DNA of 64,000 bases from the human T2T-CHM13v2.0 reference genome, Homo sapiens. Below are positions 40,698 through 55,479 of the stretch, piece by piece. Positions within the stretch are counted from its first letter, which is position 1. Each line of letters opens with the position of its first letter. The stretch lies in NCBI RefSeq assembly GCF_009914755.1, contig NC_060928.1; one strand, written 5' to 3'. The translations under genes were made by a program, and so were the position numbers. A model generated the notes under the pieces. That model saw nothing but the letters and a program-made list of their open reading frames with translations, did not search any database and had not been told where the DNA came from.

Positions 40698-41001
40698 GGC
40701 CAGGAGCGGTGGCTCATGCCTGTAATCCCAGGACTTTGGGAGGCTGAGGTTGGTGGATCACCTGAGCTCAGGTATTGGACAACAGCCAGGACAACATGGC
40801 AAAACACTGTCTCTACAAAAAACACAAAAAGTAGCCATCCATGATGCAGCCTGTCTGTAGTCCCAGCTACTCAGGAGGCTGAGGCAGGAGAATTGCTAGA
40901 GCCCTGGTGGCAGAGGTTGCAGTGAGCCAATATCACACCATTGCACTCCAGCCTCAGTAACAGAGCGAGACCCTCTCTCCAAAAAATTAAGAAAAAAAAA
41001 A
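40698..41001 (+). mobile_element. Alu (J or early S)
   Basis: ggccaggagcggtggctcatgcctgtaatccc...gagaccctctctcc followed by an A-rich tail. Confidence 0.9.
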
Positions 41002-41191
41002 CACGCAGGAAATTTTGAATATTATAATTACTATATATTAGAAAGCTGTGATACTCCTTGCCTCTAATCTTGGTGTTGTCCTTCATATGCCAACAAAAGC
41101 TTAACATTGAATTGCCAGAATAAATGAAGGCACACTGGCTGAGAGCCTATATTTGACAACAGTATGTAAAGTCAGGATATCTGTCATAGTT

Positions 41192-41317
41192 GGAGGGATC
41201 ATATCATGTATTGTCCAAACTGCAACACTTTTGAAGGAGACAGAAGGCCTTCTTTTGCCAGGGTAATTGAAATAAACTAGGCTTGTTCTGGCTAAACTAG
41301 GTCATACCATCATCTTA
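41192..41317 (+). mobile_element. MER96-like hAT MITE
   Basis: agggatcatatcatgtattgtccaaactgcaacacttttgaa..ggtcataccatcatctta resembles the recalled MER96. Confidence 0.55.
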
Positions 41318-43169
41318 GTTATGATTAACTGACTAGACAGTGAGCAACCAAGGAAGGACAATGTTTCTGTGACCTTTTTTTTAATGGTTACAGTATGACT
41401 ACAGCAGGTCTAACTATGAAATAGATATTTACAAGGTGATTTCTTTAAATGTAATTTTTATTTTGTCTTATTTTTAAGTTCAATATGTATCTGGAATATT
41501 TAAAAGACAGAAATCAAGCCCTTCCCTTTCCCCCACTATTATTTCTTTAGGCCCAGCCTCCTGGTGAAAGTTGTATTAACAATGTTTCTTAAGGAGTCTT
41601 TTGTTCATCTCAAAGGCGTTAAGAATAGTAGTTTGTAGTATTTCTATGTTTAGCTCACTTTCCTTCTGTGGATATACAAAAAATTCTTGGATTTTGGACA
41701 GGCATCTTTTCATTTCACTTGGCTTGCAGCCTCATTTCTAGTGGGCTGAATAAATATCTGTCTTGAAATTCAGCACTCTTCAACCCTTTGTTAATGTGCA
41801 GCTGAGAGCTTCTTGAGAGCACAAAGCCATGAACTCATACAACCAGGTGCTTAGGTAAAAATGCTTTAAACATCCCTTGCCCTCCTGTCTCTGCAACCTT
41901 TTTCAACTTTCTACATTCCTATCCCAGTTTTGAATGAAGTCTGTGAAAAAAATAGACATTTGACATTGACTTTACCCTCTGTCCAAATTCAGTGTTTGAA
42001 GAAACATGTCTGAGAGTATTCTGATGAACTTTCCCTTGACATTTAAAATCCGCTGGAAACTACACTATTCCCAAAAGGAGCTCTGCCATTGGGGTTGAAA
42101 TCTAATTTAACTGTCACAAAATGTAGAATAAATTTGGAGATAAAAAAATAGAAATTTTTTACTCTCTGGTTAGCAATAATACTGTTTCCAAATAGCAATC
42201 CTCTCTTCTCAGGGATATACAATAGGGCCCTGGAGGAGATCCATGTAATCCTTGAAGGAAATAAATGTAACTAGTCCAATCTTATTGGAAGGTAACTCAG
42301 AGTGCTATGAGGTTGGCTTACAGAACAGGTTTATGTGTCTTTAGAGGGTCAATGAAAGAGAAAAACAAGAGTATGAGCACTAGTAAAAGTCAGGTCTCCA
42401 TTATTCCACGGATAGTAGAGAGGCTGTAAACCTTCATATATGTCCCTGGTAAAGAGGAAACTTGATTTTCATCATCATCTATTGTGGCATGTGACTCCTA
42501 GATACTAGAATCAAAAAAGACAGAATAATCAGAGGCCAGAGTCAACAACCGTGGGAAAAAAATATTAATGGCTCTGCTTAGGAAGGCCTGAGAGTATATC
42601 TATACTCTGAAGGCTTGGCACATGTCATGCAGGCTTGGGAAATCTGAGAGACTGGAAATCAGGGTAATTAACCCCCAACATTTCACCTATGAGTAATTCT
42701 TTGAGTCAAGTAATAACGCTGCCATGCCTTTTCTCAGTGAATAGGTTTCAAATAATAAGACTTTCCAGTAATTCTGTGACTATCTCCCTTTTTAAAATAT
42801 AAATATCATATATTCATCTTGTTAATTAACCTTTTGTAATTTCTTGCCATGATACCAGATTAAGAAACGATATGTGAAATATATTTGGAAGTTATATGCT
42901 ATCAAGTTTGCTTTATCTAATAAAATGTTTTCCATATAGTGGAAACTTTCTGAGTATTTAAAATTTCTGTGAAATTCTAATTTATTAAAATTTTCAGCAT
43001 GTTCCCTCTGGTCAGAATAGAAGGCATTAGGAAGAAAGAACTATTTGTTTTTAGCACCTGTCTCTACTACAATGAATAATCAATATACATATGAATATAT
43101 CAGAAGCTCTCTGTGTTTGATAAACTGAACATAATTGAATGGAGTGGAATTAGAAGTTAGAACAATAGC

Positions 43170-44235
43170 TCAGCTTAACAATGTTTATCCATATATTTAA
43201 ACTGTGTGCAATCTTCTAGGCTCTTTGTTAAGTGCTAGAGAGTCAAATGTAAGAATTTCTACTCCCAGAAAGCTAATTTTTCACTATCTAGCAGGGAAGG
43301 TGGACATAAGAAAGAGCAAATAATACTACTTTACCAAATACAATAAAAAACTATATATAAGAAATAAAGGTTGTATATAGGAAATTTGTGTTAGGGAAAG
43401 ATGAGTTTAGAAAAAGCTTCATAGAGTAAGTACACATTATGAAAAAAGAATAGTAATTACACAGTTAAAAACAGGGCGAGGTATTTTGGATGGAGGAAAA
43501 AAATTATGGAGAAACAAATAAGCAAAATAGCAATGTGTGTTCCTGGAAGTATAAATATGTCAGCATTGCTTTAATTATAACAAGCCTAGAGATTATCCTC
43601 AAGAGGGAAAAAGCATCAGATTCTTGAGGGTCTTTTATGCTATGATAAGGTACTTGCCTTGGGGCATTTTACAATGGAAAGCTATCAGACTGTGGACCCC
43701 TTGAAGGCAGGCAAATTCTCTTTATTTTTACTTTTTTTAAATCCCTTGAGCCCAGTTCAGTTTGTGGAACATAGATGACCTGCAGATATTTTTTTACTTT
43801 TGTTATTTGTTTTTAGTGGCTGAAGAAATGGATCACTAGAACAAGTGTTTTTATTGGAGTGATACATTAGGTGTACATCTGAAATCATTCCATTTGACAG
43901 TAAAATATAACATCTTGTAGGAAGTTTTAAACCTGGAAACAGACAAAACAAAACAAAAAACTAATAAAATATTCTTTGGGAGACATAAGATTGCCAATTA
44001 AGGCAGTGCCAGTGAGGTGGACAAAGGAAGATGGGTCTGTGACATATGAGAAAAAGAAAGACATGCTATTTGGTACTTTGTCGGAAATGGTGTCATAGAG
44101 AGAAAGTGAAATAGAGAGGAACTCAAGTTTTCTGACCTAAGTAACTGAATTGTTGGAAAAGTTGACAACTAATGTAGGAATTGCAAGGAAAAAGGGGGCT
44201 ATGCAGAAAGAAAAGTTCAATTTAGATCATGGTTT
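43170..44235 (-). mobile_element. Degraded L2, with a sense L2 3' piece at ~43690-43790
   Basis: L2 motifs aagcttcatagag, ttgagggtcttttatgctatgataagg and caagttttctgacctaagtaactg. Confidence 0.55.
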
Positions 44236-46229
44236 AAAATGAGTAGTACTTATTCTATATCTGAACTCAAAATCAAGTGTTTATTTGGTCAGTCTGAATG
44301 GAAATCAGAAATTTGAATTTTTCCTTTTAGCTCCTGAAAACCCCCACTTCTGTTCAAATGTACCAATATGCAAGAGATAACATGGGTACTTTGAACCTCA
44401 ATTATAATTTATAACTTAACTTAGTAGCTTCATGAATATGGGACTGGATAGCTACCTAAAGAGATCAGCTGGGTTTTCTGAAAATTGTCAGACTCTTCAC
44501 TAGGTCAAGAAATGTAGAATCTTAACTTTTATGAATAAAATTAATTCAACAACCTCTCCACAGATGTGCTAGAAATAATTAGGCATCAACTAATTTCTTG
44601 CAGTGGTATCTGATTTGTTCATTTACTTTTCCACTTAATGTAGTTACTTTAGGAGTTCAACTTTATGCTCCTCAGACAGTTTCTCCTTGTGTTATATCTC
44701 TGTGGTTTGAACTACTTTGTAATTTCAGCAAAGGTACAAACCTATAAACAACTTTAGAGTACTTCTGTCAAGAGTGTGAAAGCATTGTGAAAATTCAAGG
44801 AGTGGATGAGAAAAGGACACAAAAGATTCAATAAAAGGATTAGAAGATAAAGTCTAGGAAAAAAAAGTGTTAAGTACTTTGAATAGACAGGAATAACTTC
44901 GAGTAACTTAGAAATGCATTGCTGGGGAATCAGAAGTGTTATTTCAGACAATATCAAAAAGAGAGGCTGCCACAAAAGCTCTGGCAGTTATTTTCTTTAC
45001 TTTTATAAGGATTTGCTTGGATTCTGTTTTTACCAACATTATAATATCACATTAGAAACATTAGTCACACTTTATGGAGGCATTTATGGATAAAATATAG
45101 ATATATTATTCTAATTTATATAGACATTTATAGCTAAAAACAAAAAAATGCTCAGTTACTAAAGAAGCCCAACGCAGAGCTGCATAACTTAAATTTGCAT
45201 TATAATTTTCAATAAACATGAATTTTTGCATAGGAATAGACTTTGAATCAGTAGCAATTATATTTTATTTTTGCATATTTGTCTGAGAAATAGCATAATA
45301 AACTTAGATCTTAAAATTTCTATGAATAAAAACTCAAGCTTGTATGTTATAGCAGAATAGTAATAATCATCTCAATGACAACAAAAAAAGAATTTGGGAT
45401 CTAGCAATAAACTTACTACAATGAGCTTGCTGCATTTAGAGAAATACTTCTGAGATTCAGGGGTTCCCATTTTTGTCGAAGCACTAAATATTTGAAAAAA
45501 AAAGATACCATTATCCTTCTTACCATCTACAGATTTGTGTATATGATTGTTAATAGAATGTATGGTCATATATCTAGTTATAAAGGAAATAAAACTTCTC
45601 TTAGATTTTTTCTTGCTATTAATATATATTTTTCTCTAATCATTTTCCTATAGCAATAGGAATTTTGTCTATTTTTGGTTGGCATTTCAGGCCCATTTGT
45701 GTATCAGCTGGACATTAAGGATATTTTTCCTTTAAAAATGCTCATATGCACAATATTTTGCTTAAGATTTAAGAGTGACCATAGAATCTCCTAAAGTGTA
45801 ATTGTACAGTCAAAGTCAAGAATTTTTGAATTATAATTCCTTCTTTGTGCATTAGAACCCCTTTCATTAGCTTGTTCCTCTCTTTTACAGTTTTCAGGCA
45901 TGTCATCTAGAATAGTCCTGTTACGGGTGTGCTCACTGAAGTGGATTTGGGATGTTATATGTTTATTCATGTTGTTTTAGCTCATAACATTTCATAGAAT
46001 CCTCTGAGATCAATTTTAAAGATGATGTAAGTTAAAAAGTCTTCCACACATTCTTCTTAGAATGCCCTCCATGCCAAATAAAATTAAAAAAAACAACAAC
46101 AACAAGATAAATCATTGTAACAAACATGTTCTGGAAAATTCTTTGGAACATCTTACCACAAGGACTTTAATATCCAAAACAGACCATTGATTTGTCCATT
46201 CAGCCCAACAGAAAAACAATAGATAAAGT

Positions 46230-46830
46230 CCCAAAGAGCAGGAGGAGCCTGGCACAGTTAAGGAACAGAAAGAATAACTAGCATGGCTTAAACATAAGAG
46301 GCAAATCCAATAGTGTTTTGAGAACATATTACAAAAGTAGGCAGAGCCAGATCATGTGGGGCTTTATAAATCAGCATAAGAAGTCTGCAATCTGAAAAGA
46401 CAGTGGAAAGTTTTAAGCCAAGAGATAAAGTGGAATAGGAAACTAAACATTTTGAAAATATCACTCTGGCTTCTGATGGTGAAGGATGGCAGAAAGGCAA
46501 ATAATGAAGAAGAGAGACAAGTTAAGAGCCTGGTCTTGTTTTGGTTAAGGGAGAAATGATGACAGCATACTCCAAGCTATGATGAGGTTATTGGAAATGA
46601 AGAGAATGTATATAATTGAAATGTGATCACTGTTAGAGTTTAAACAAATATTACCAATGAATTAAAAGTTGGGACCAAGGGAAAAATCCTTGGTTAATGA
46701 CTTGAGCAGTTGCATATATGCATGTCATTTTTAAGATACCAATAGCTTGCATAATAGTAGAATTGAATTTACATGCCTATGACACATTGAAGTTGAGATG
46801 TCAAGTAGGCAGTTGAATATATTAGTATCA
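46230..46830 (-). mobile_element. L2 fragment
   Basis: gtaggcagagccagatcatgtggggctttata, atcactctggct and gatgtcaagtaggcagttgaatat. Confidence 0.7.
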
Positions 46831-48927
46831 TTTCTTCAGAGACCAGGAATAAAGCCATTGATAAGGAACAATTACCTTGTTGATATTAAAAATCACAAAA
46901 CCTTTTATAGAAGATTTAAATATTAAAAATGTAACACATGCCTTTTTTACAATTTTCCTTCTAATTTTATATTATACTAATTTTCTATACTAATAAATAC
47001 AGATATACCATATAAATGACTGCTTAATACATAGCCATGTAAATGTGTAAAACCGACCTTTGCCAATCACTTCTTTTAAAAAAAAAGAATACATTTTTAA
47101 ACTATTAAAAGCAAAAATATTGAAAATAAATGATTTTAATTTCTTCCAAACTAACAGATAAATTTGTATTCATCATGTACAACATGATGTTGTGACGTAT
47201 AATATATATTCCTTGTTGAATGGTTAAATGTAGATAATTAACATATGCATTACCTCACATAGTTATCGTTTTTGTGGTGAGAACACTTATTCATACACTC
47301 TGTAAGCATTTTTCAATATTACGATATATTGTCATTATAGTTACCATGCTGTACAATAGATCTCTTGAACTTATTCTTCCTATCTAGCTATAGTTTTGTA
47401 TCATTTGACCAACTCAATATCAAAAATACAAATAACCCAATTTAAAAATGCACAAAAGACCTGAATATATATTTATAAAAATAAGACATGCAAATGACCA
47501 AAAGGTGTGTGAGAAAATGTTCAGCATCACTAATTATCAGCGACATGCACATCAAAACCACAATGAGATATCACCTCACTCTTGTTAGAATGGCTATTAT
47601 CAAAAAGACAAATTATAACAAATGTTGGTGAGGATATAGAGAAAAGAGAACCCTTGAACACTGCTGGTGGAAATGTAAATCAGTGCACCCGTTATCCTCA
47701 TCCCTTCAAGTACCCCAGCCTCTTGTGACCACCATTTTACTCTCTAATTCTATGAGATAAATTTTTTTCAGATTCCACGTATGAATGACATCATGTGTTA
47801 TTTGTCTTTCTGTGCCTGACTTATTTCACTTAACATAGTGCCGTCCAGGTTCATCCATGTTGTCAAAAATGAAAGGATTTTCTTTAGTATAGCTGAATGG
47901 TATTCCATTGTGTATGGATAGCACATTTTCTTTATCCATTCATTCATTTAAGGACACTTAGTTTGATTCCATATCCTGTCTGTTGTGAATAGTGCTGCAA
48001 CAAACACTGGAATACAGATATCTCTTTGAGATACTGGTTTTATCTGCTTTAGATATATACCCAATAGTGGGATTGCTGGATCATATGGTTTCAGTTATAT
48101 TTTTAGTTGTTTTTTAAGGAGACTTCATACTGTTTCCATAATGGGTGCACTGATTTACATTTCCACCAACAGTGTTCAAGGGTTCTTTTTTCTGCATATC
48201 CTCACCAACATTTGTTATAATTTGTCTTTTTGATAATAGCATTCTAACAAGAGTGAGGTGATATCTCATTGTGGTTTTGACGTACATTTCACTGATAATT
48301 AGTGATGCTGAACATTTTCCCACACAACTTTTGGTCATTTGTTTGTTTTATTTTTATAAATATATATTCAGGTCTTTTGTGCATTTTTAAACTGGGTTAT
48401 TTGTATTTTTGATATTGAGTTGTTTGATTTCCTTACATATATTTTGGACTTAACCTCTTATCAGGTATATAATTTGCAAATATTTTCTCCATTTTTGTAA
48501 ACTATTCCTTCACTCTGTTGATTGTTTACTTTACAATGGAAAAGTTTCTTAGTTTGATGTAATTCCATATGTCTATTTTTGCTTTTGTTGTCTTTGCTTT
48601 TGAGGTCATATAAAACAAACAAACAAACAAAAATATTGCCCAGATTCATGTCATGGAGCTTTTCTCCTGTTTTCTTCTAGTAGTTTCATAGTTTTCAGTC
48701 TTACATTTAAGTTTTTAATCTATTTTGAGTTGATTTTTGTATATAGTTAATATAAGGATCTAATGTCATTAGTCTGCATGTTGATATCCAGTTGTCCCAA
48801 TACCGTTTATTGATGAGATATCCTTTTCCCATTACGTGTTCTTGGCACCTCTGTCAATAATCAATTGACCATAGATGTGTGGATTTATTCCTGGGTTCTT
48901 CTGTTCCATTTCTCATTGCTCAATATG

Positions 48928-49235
<308 letters not shown>

Positions 49236-49816
49236 CAATAAGTCTATTTTTAATGCCAGTACCATGCTGTTTTATTTTATTTTTATTTTTTATTTTGTTT
49301 ATTTATTTTTTACCATAGCTTTGTAGTGTATTTTGAACTCAGATAGTGTAATGTTTGCTCAGGATTCTTTTGGCTATTTAGATTGTTTGTGTTTCCATAT
49401 GAATGTTAGATTTTTTCCCCCTTTTTGTAAAGAATGTCATTGGTGTTTTGATAGTGTTTACATTGCTTTCAGTAGTATGGGCATTTTAACAACATTAATT
49501 CTTCCAATCCATGAACACAGAATATCTTTCCATTTATTTGTGTCTTCTTCAATTCCCTTCATCAGTGTTTCATAGTTTTCAGTTTAGAGATCATTTACCT
49601 TCTGGTTAAATTTATTCCTAAATATTTTAATTTTTCTATGTAATTGGAATTATTTTACTGATCTTTCTTTCAGATATTTTGCTGTTAGTATATAGAAATG
49701 TTATTGCCTTTTTTGTATGTTGATTTTGTATCCTGTGAGTTTACTGAATTTTTTTGTTAGTTGTGACATGTTTTGGTGGAGTCTTTGGGGTTTTCTATAT
49801 AAAAGATCATGTTGTC

Positions 49817-50143
49817 GGCTGGGCGTGGTGGCTCACACCTGTAATCCCAGCATTTTGGGAAGCCGAGGTGGGCAGATCACAAGGTCAGGATATCGAGACC
49901 ATCCTGGCTCACACGGTGAAATACTGTCTCTTAGTCTCTACTGAAAATACAAAAAAAAAAAAAAAAAACAAAAAACAAAACTAGGCTGGCATGGTGGCGG
50001 GGTGCCTGTAGTCCCAGCTGCTCTGGAGGCTGACAGGCAGGAGAATGGCGTGAACCTGGGAGGCGGAGCTTGCAGTGAGCCGAGTTCGTGCCACTGCATT
50101 CCAGCCTGGGCGACAGAGCGATACTCCATCTCAAAAAAAAAAA
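49817..50143 (+). mobile_element. AluY-like
   Basis: gagaatggcgtgaacctgggaggcggagcttgc diagnostics. TSD aaaagatc[a/g]tgttgtc. Confidence 0.93.
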
Positions 50144-51239
50144 GATCGTGTTGTCTTCATTGTTGTCTGCATACCAGGACAATTTGACTTCTTCCTTTCT
50201 AATTTGGATGTCTTTTATTTTTTTCTCCCGTTTAATTGCTCTGGCTAGGACTTCCAGTACTATATAAAAATAGATTTAAAGCCAAATTTTGCTCAGAGCC
50301 TAGTTAATTTTTAGGTTATTTTTGTATGTTGTATATTACTTTTTCCAAATTAAAGCCAACAAACAAAGATCAATGATAATTTGGGACAGAATATTTTCAT
50401 TTTCTAAATTTTCTAATCCTCTTAGTTTCACCCAGCTCTGTGTAGCCTGAAGAAAATGGTGTCAAGGATCTAAAGTCTCACATTCTCTCTTCTAGATGAC
50501 AAAATAATCTAAATCTAAAATAGAACATTCACTTTAAAAAGTGGTTTTGGAACATTTGGGCAGGTCTTGTGTCCTTTGTAGTCTAGATGACGCCTGCTAC
50601 TCTTGGTTGATTTTGAGATAACAAATAAATAGAGCTGTCCCAACATGTTTTTATAAGATTTTTTATTGCATTGAATTATTTACTCTTTTAATTTGATCTA
50701 TAGTCTGTTTAGTTTCAAAATATAGGATTAGCAATATCATAGATACAATAATGGAAGAAAATTAAAATGTTTTACACCATAAATATTATAAATATACTAT
50801 TTGAGAAAATATGCTTTTTGCTAAGATTAATATAATATAAGCAATTCCTGAAGGGTTTTATGTATCTCTCAGTCTCATTCCTTCTCCATTTCCTTACATT
50901 AAAAACTTCTTAAGTGTTAAATATATAAAAGTGCAAATATTAAGAGATAGCCTTTAAGTAACATCAATTTGCCACTTTAGAATTTTTAAACGACTGTTTT
51001 CTATTAACTTGAGATCTGCCACCCACCCTCCTCGCAGCTTGCCCTCTCCCTCCTCTTTGTTTTCTCCTCTCTCCCCTTCATTTATTTGTATTCTTTGTGT
51101 ATTTTCCTAAAAACTATGATTCACATAGTAGATTCATATAGAGGAAGAGTGGACCTAAAATATGTCTGTTTATTTAGGGAAGTTTTGCTGTGGTAAAATT
51201 TATTATAAAAATGTCATCCAAAACTTTAGTCCTTGTTCT

Positions 51240-51825
51240 GCAAACCCCCTGATAAAGGCAGTGTCATCAACTTCTAGTGGTTCCCTGAGTTGGGCAATTG
51301 TATTGCCAGCTTGTTCACATGTTCTAGAATCTCCTTTCCTTTATGGTCTTGGGTTAGCACTGGACAAAAGTACACATTACCCAAAGTTAAGAGGCAAAAG
51401 CAATACAACAGCCATAAATCTCTAATGGTTTTCAGAGAGGTACAGTAAAAGACACAGAAGTGTCCAGTGGGTTGATGCTTGTCCTGGCTGTTCTCTGTTT
51501 TGCCTCCAGGTTTTCTTTCTGACTGTCAGCCTCACTGACCACAGCCACCTCTGTCTCACATGGCTGTGGGCCCACAGGACCAAGAGGTACACAGAGGCAA
51601 CAACTTTCCCCTTTGCTGCTGAACTGGATGGTTTTTGTCTCACTTCCCAGATTTCTTTAAAGATTCTACTTATCCACTTATGCATGGCCTTCAGAAGGTT
51701 GATTTTAACTTTTCTCTGATTGTCTAACTCCCCCTCCAGATCCATTTCCTCTCATAATAGCATCTCACTTCTATTATAAAACTTATTTTATAGTAATAGA
51801 ATGGTCTACTTCTCTGAATGATACA
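51240..51825 (+). mobile_element. LTR41-like ERVL LTR
   Basis: acacagaggcaacaactttccc motif and a terminal ctacttctctgaatgataca. Confidence 0.55.
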
Positions 51826-51834
51826 TTTACAGAA

Positions 51835-52293
51835 GTAAATGTTTTCCTTCTTTTAAGTTATTAAAGTGTTAGCTGGGGCATGTAGCTCCTTACTGGAGAC
51901 TACGTTTTATAGTGTCACTTGCAACTAGGTACTACAATTGTTTTTTTTTGTTGTTGTTTGTTTGTTTTTCTATGAGCAACAATGTACGCAATTTCCTTCT
52001 TATTTACTTAAAAGAAAATTGACTTGAGCTCCACATTCTCTTCCTTCTGTCCAATGGGATGGACTATCATATATGAAAACCCAATTTAACCACGTAAATG
52101 AGGATTGTTCTTAATGGGTAGTAAAAAAAGAAAGAATGTACTCAGACTATTGAATGGTCTTTGGAGTCAAGCTATCCTGCCAGCCTGGATCTCTCACTTC
52201 TAGCATGTTATGTGAACACATATAAAACTCTTGTCATATTTCAGTTATTGCAAATTCTCTTAGCTAAAGAAAGTTAGCCATACACTGAATACT
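51835..52293 (+). mobile_element. MLT1J-like MaLR LTR
   Basis: gactacgtttt..cttgcaactaggt and ccagcctggatctctcacttctagcatgttatgtga. Confidence 0.6.
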
Positions 52294-54943
52294 GCAGGCA
52301 ATGTTACCAAAACCTTGTGATTTTCATGGCTTTTCTGTGGAGCCCCTCAATGTACTTCTGTTGCTACTTTCCCCCACACTCCTACTTACAGGCATGTACA
52401 CACACATACACACACATACACTTAGAGATGAACCCACACGCATACCAAGTATAAAGTAAAGTAATATAGTATAGATGGCAGATGGAGGCAGAGGTTATGT
52501 TAGAACCAGGTAGGCATGAACCAGACATTTTGCCTCAGGGCTTTGGTTGGTTGTGTTCAATGAAATAAGCTATTTGACCAAGATTTAAGTTTCTCCAGGA
52601 AACCCCACTTGCATAGGATTTCCTTGATCATTCTGGAGGAGACTAGTATTAGAAAAGTATTTTTAAAATATTGTACTATTTATAAGCATGCTTTGCATTC
52701 ATAACTCAGTTTTTATAACCTTGATTATGCAAATACTTATTGTTCCTTTCTATTTGGTTTAAAATTTAGAAGAACCACCTGCCTGCAAAAGAGAACAAAT
52801 GTCAATTCAAGTTTGGGTTAAGGCCAACTTTCACAAGTCACAAACTTGCTGGCAGCAAATTTAGCAACAGAAAGTACATTCTAGAGCATGAAAGATCTGC
52901 CACATCTATCTTTAGTATGAACACCCAGTGTCTGTACTATCTATAGATATAGTAGTGGGAGAAAAAATAACAAAGGATACAATTTCAAAAAATAAAGAAT
53001 GGGGTAATGTGGGAAATCAGGAGTTACACTAAACAAATATTTGGCAATATGTAGTTTTACAGGTTGAAGTAATATGCAAAAATCAGTATTATTACTACTT
53101 CTGTAAAATGGTTGAATAGTCATAAAGTATGCCTGTTTATGGTAGGAAAGCCGTGTGCAATATAGGATTGATGCTTGTAAAGAGACAAGAATAAGATGAG
53201 ACAAGAATAAGATAAGACAATGAAACAGGTCCACAAGCATGAGACAAAATATACTCCAGATTAAATAGGCTTGAAACACTAGAATGCACTAAGTGATTAA
53301 AATAATTAAAATGGAGCAATTGAGATGTAAAGATGAAGGTGAATGCTTTTAGTGAAAGCATTGTAGCATTCATTCTCCCAGTCGAGGATGCATAGCAGTC
53401 TCTGTCCTGAGAGAAAAGGAGCTAGATGCCAAGCTTTCACCCAGGGCTGCCTAGCAACTAGCTCTTCTAGGGAGGGCAGTGCATAAGTTAATCTCTTTGG
53501 TAAGCATTTGTAGCTATTAATTTAATTAGCAAAGGCACTGTAGCATGAATCATCCTGGTACAAGAGAAAAATATTAATGAAGATCTGAAATTCTAACTTC
53601 AAATAGGCACATTGAAGACTGTTCCCAAGTCATAGTGGGCTAGGGGAAACTTACTAAAGAAAAAAAAAGTAATGCAGAAAACTTTCTCCCTTGCAATCAG
53701 GTTCTGTGGGGTTTCTTGAAGAGACTACAACTTAAATTTGCTTTCACGATTCTCATTGCAGAGGAACTTATTGTTTAGCTTTGAAAATAGAGACTGAGAG
53801 AGGTTTTTCTAACACTAAAATTCTATGAATTGTGAATACCTGCTCAATATCCCAGTTTTAATTGTACTTTTCCTTAGAAAATCCATGGATTTGCCAACAT
53901 AACTGTCTTTAAGGCAAATTGTATTGGATACCTTTCAAAGGCTATTAATGCTTCTCTTGTTACTGAGTTAGAAGGACAACTGTTCAGTGATAACAAGAAA
54001 TGTTGTATGGTTTTGACTCAGAGGCTTGAGTGTTCTATCCCCACAAGGCTCCTGCCCAGACCTCTCCATTTCAATTTAATAAAAGACAGTTGCATTTTAC
54101 ATGTTTCCGGAAGTCAAGTTCCACCAAAGGCGGATCACCTAGCATTTTATGTACTTTTGAACAACTTTTTCCTCTGGCAAAATGCTTTAATGGGGTACTA
54201 GATCTTGACATTGAAAATAATACTGTGTGATAAAGCTTCAATGCTGTTACAAGCTTTAACGAAGATACACTGGAAAAAAATTGTAACCTCCCAAGTCCTT
54301 GTTTTGTTCCTCTTTCATTCTTTTCTAATAGAAGAATGGAATTCAACAATATTCTAGTTTCTGCAAAGTAAAACAGTAATTTGCTCATTTTTTCCTGGCT
54401 ACTGCTGTGAAAATGATGCCTTTTCATTTTATAAGAGAATCTGAAGTTAGAAATTAGTTCTGTAGGATATTTGTGAACTGATTATCCATGAGGTCAAAGA
54501 TGTTAAATGCCTGGAGAAAAATTGTAAGTCAAAAGAAAAGGGAAAACGACCATTACAGTAGCAGAGATGGTTATTTAAAATCATAAAGTCAATGTGTGAT
54601 CTATGAAATGTAACTTTCCCATGGGCAGTAGGGAAATGTGTGTCTGTGTTTTTGTATGTGTATATGTGTGTCTGTCATAATTCCTAACCCTTCAAATATG
54701 TTTAATAGGATGTACACTTACAAAAATAAAGTTGTTTTACTAGAACTAACTCATCTGGCTTCAAATATTTACTTAACCACCATACCTAAGAAAAGAAATA
54801 GAAACATAGAGGCAAACAATCCAATGTTTCTCAGGTACTTGTTTGGCTAAAAGAACAATCAAATTAACTCATTTTTTTTTGAAATTATGAAACCAAAATA
54901 AAATTCTTACATAGAGATGGTTGGGTCAGACTATTTAATATAT

Positions 54944-55121
54944 TAGTTCTCAAAGTGTGTTCTTGGATGAGAAGTACCAGTATCACCTGGGAAATAGCTG
55001 AAATGCAAATTATTAGGCTCTTCTCCATACTTAAGGAATCAGAAATCCTGGGATTGGGACCTACCTAGTAATTTGTGCTTTAAGAAGCTCTCCAGGTGTT
55101 TCTGACACATGTTAAATTTGG
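54944..55121 (+). mobile_element. MER5A hAT-Charlie
   Basis: gttctcaaagtgtg..atcacctgggaa..aaatgcaaatt..gaatcagaaa..ctccaggtg..aaatttggagaagcac. Confidence 0.85.
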
Positions 55122-55479
55122 AGAAGCACAGCTTTTTATTTGCCTCGTGATAAATACCATTCATCATGGCAATAACATTTTCTTTCCCCTCATTTTCTGG
55201 CAACTATCATAAATATAATAACATTGTTACTTTACATAAATTTTATTTAAAATATATTTTAAAACACTTCTTATTTTATTTTTCTGTTAGTGGGAGATAA
55301 AAAAATTCATAATATTTCCACATATTTCACAAGATACAATAAAAAAATGTAAGAAAATAGGACAGAGAAACCAACACTTAGATATAACCCATAAACAACA
55401 TTTTGTTAAATAATTTTCTGTGTGTCTATAAATCCATATCTATAATCATGATCCATGGTGTTTTGGGTGGGAGAAAGCT

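Noticed and set aside
42212-42290. Plus-strand exon-like segment (ctcttctcag|G ... GAAG|gtaact)
   Set aside because: Stops in all three frames and no partner exons. Consistent with chance in 64 kb.
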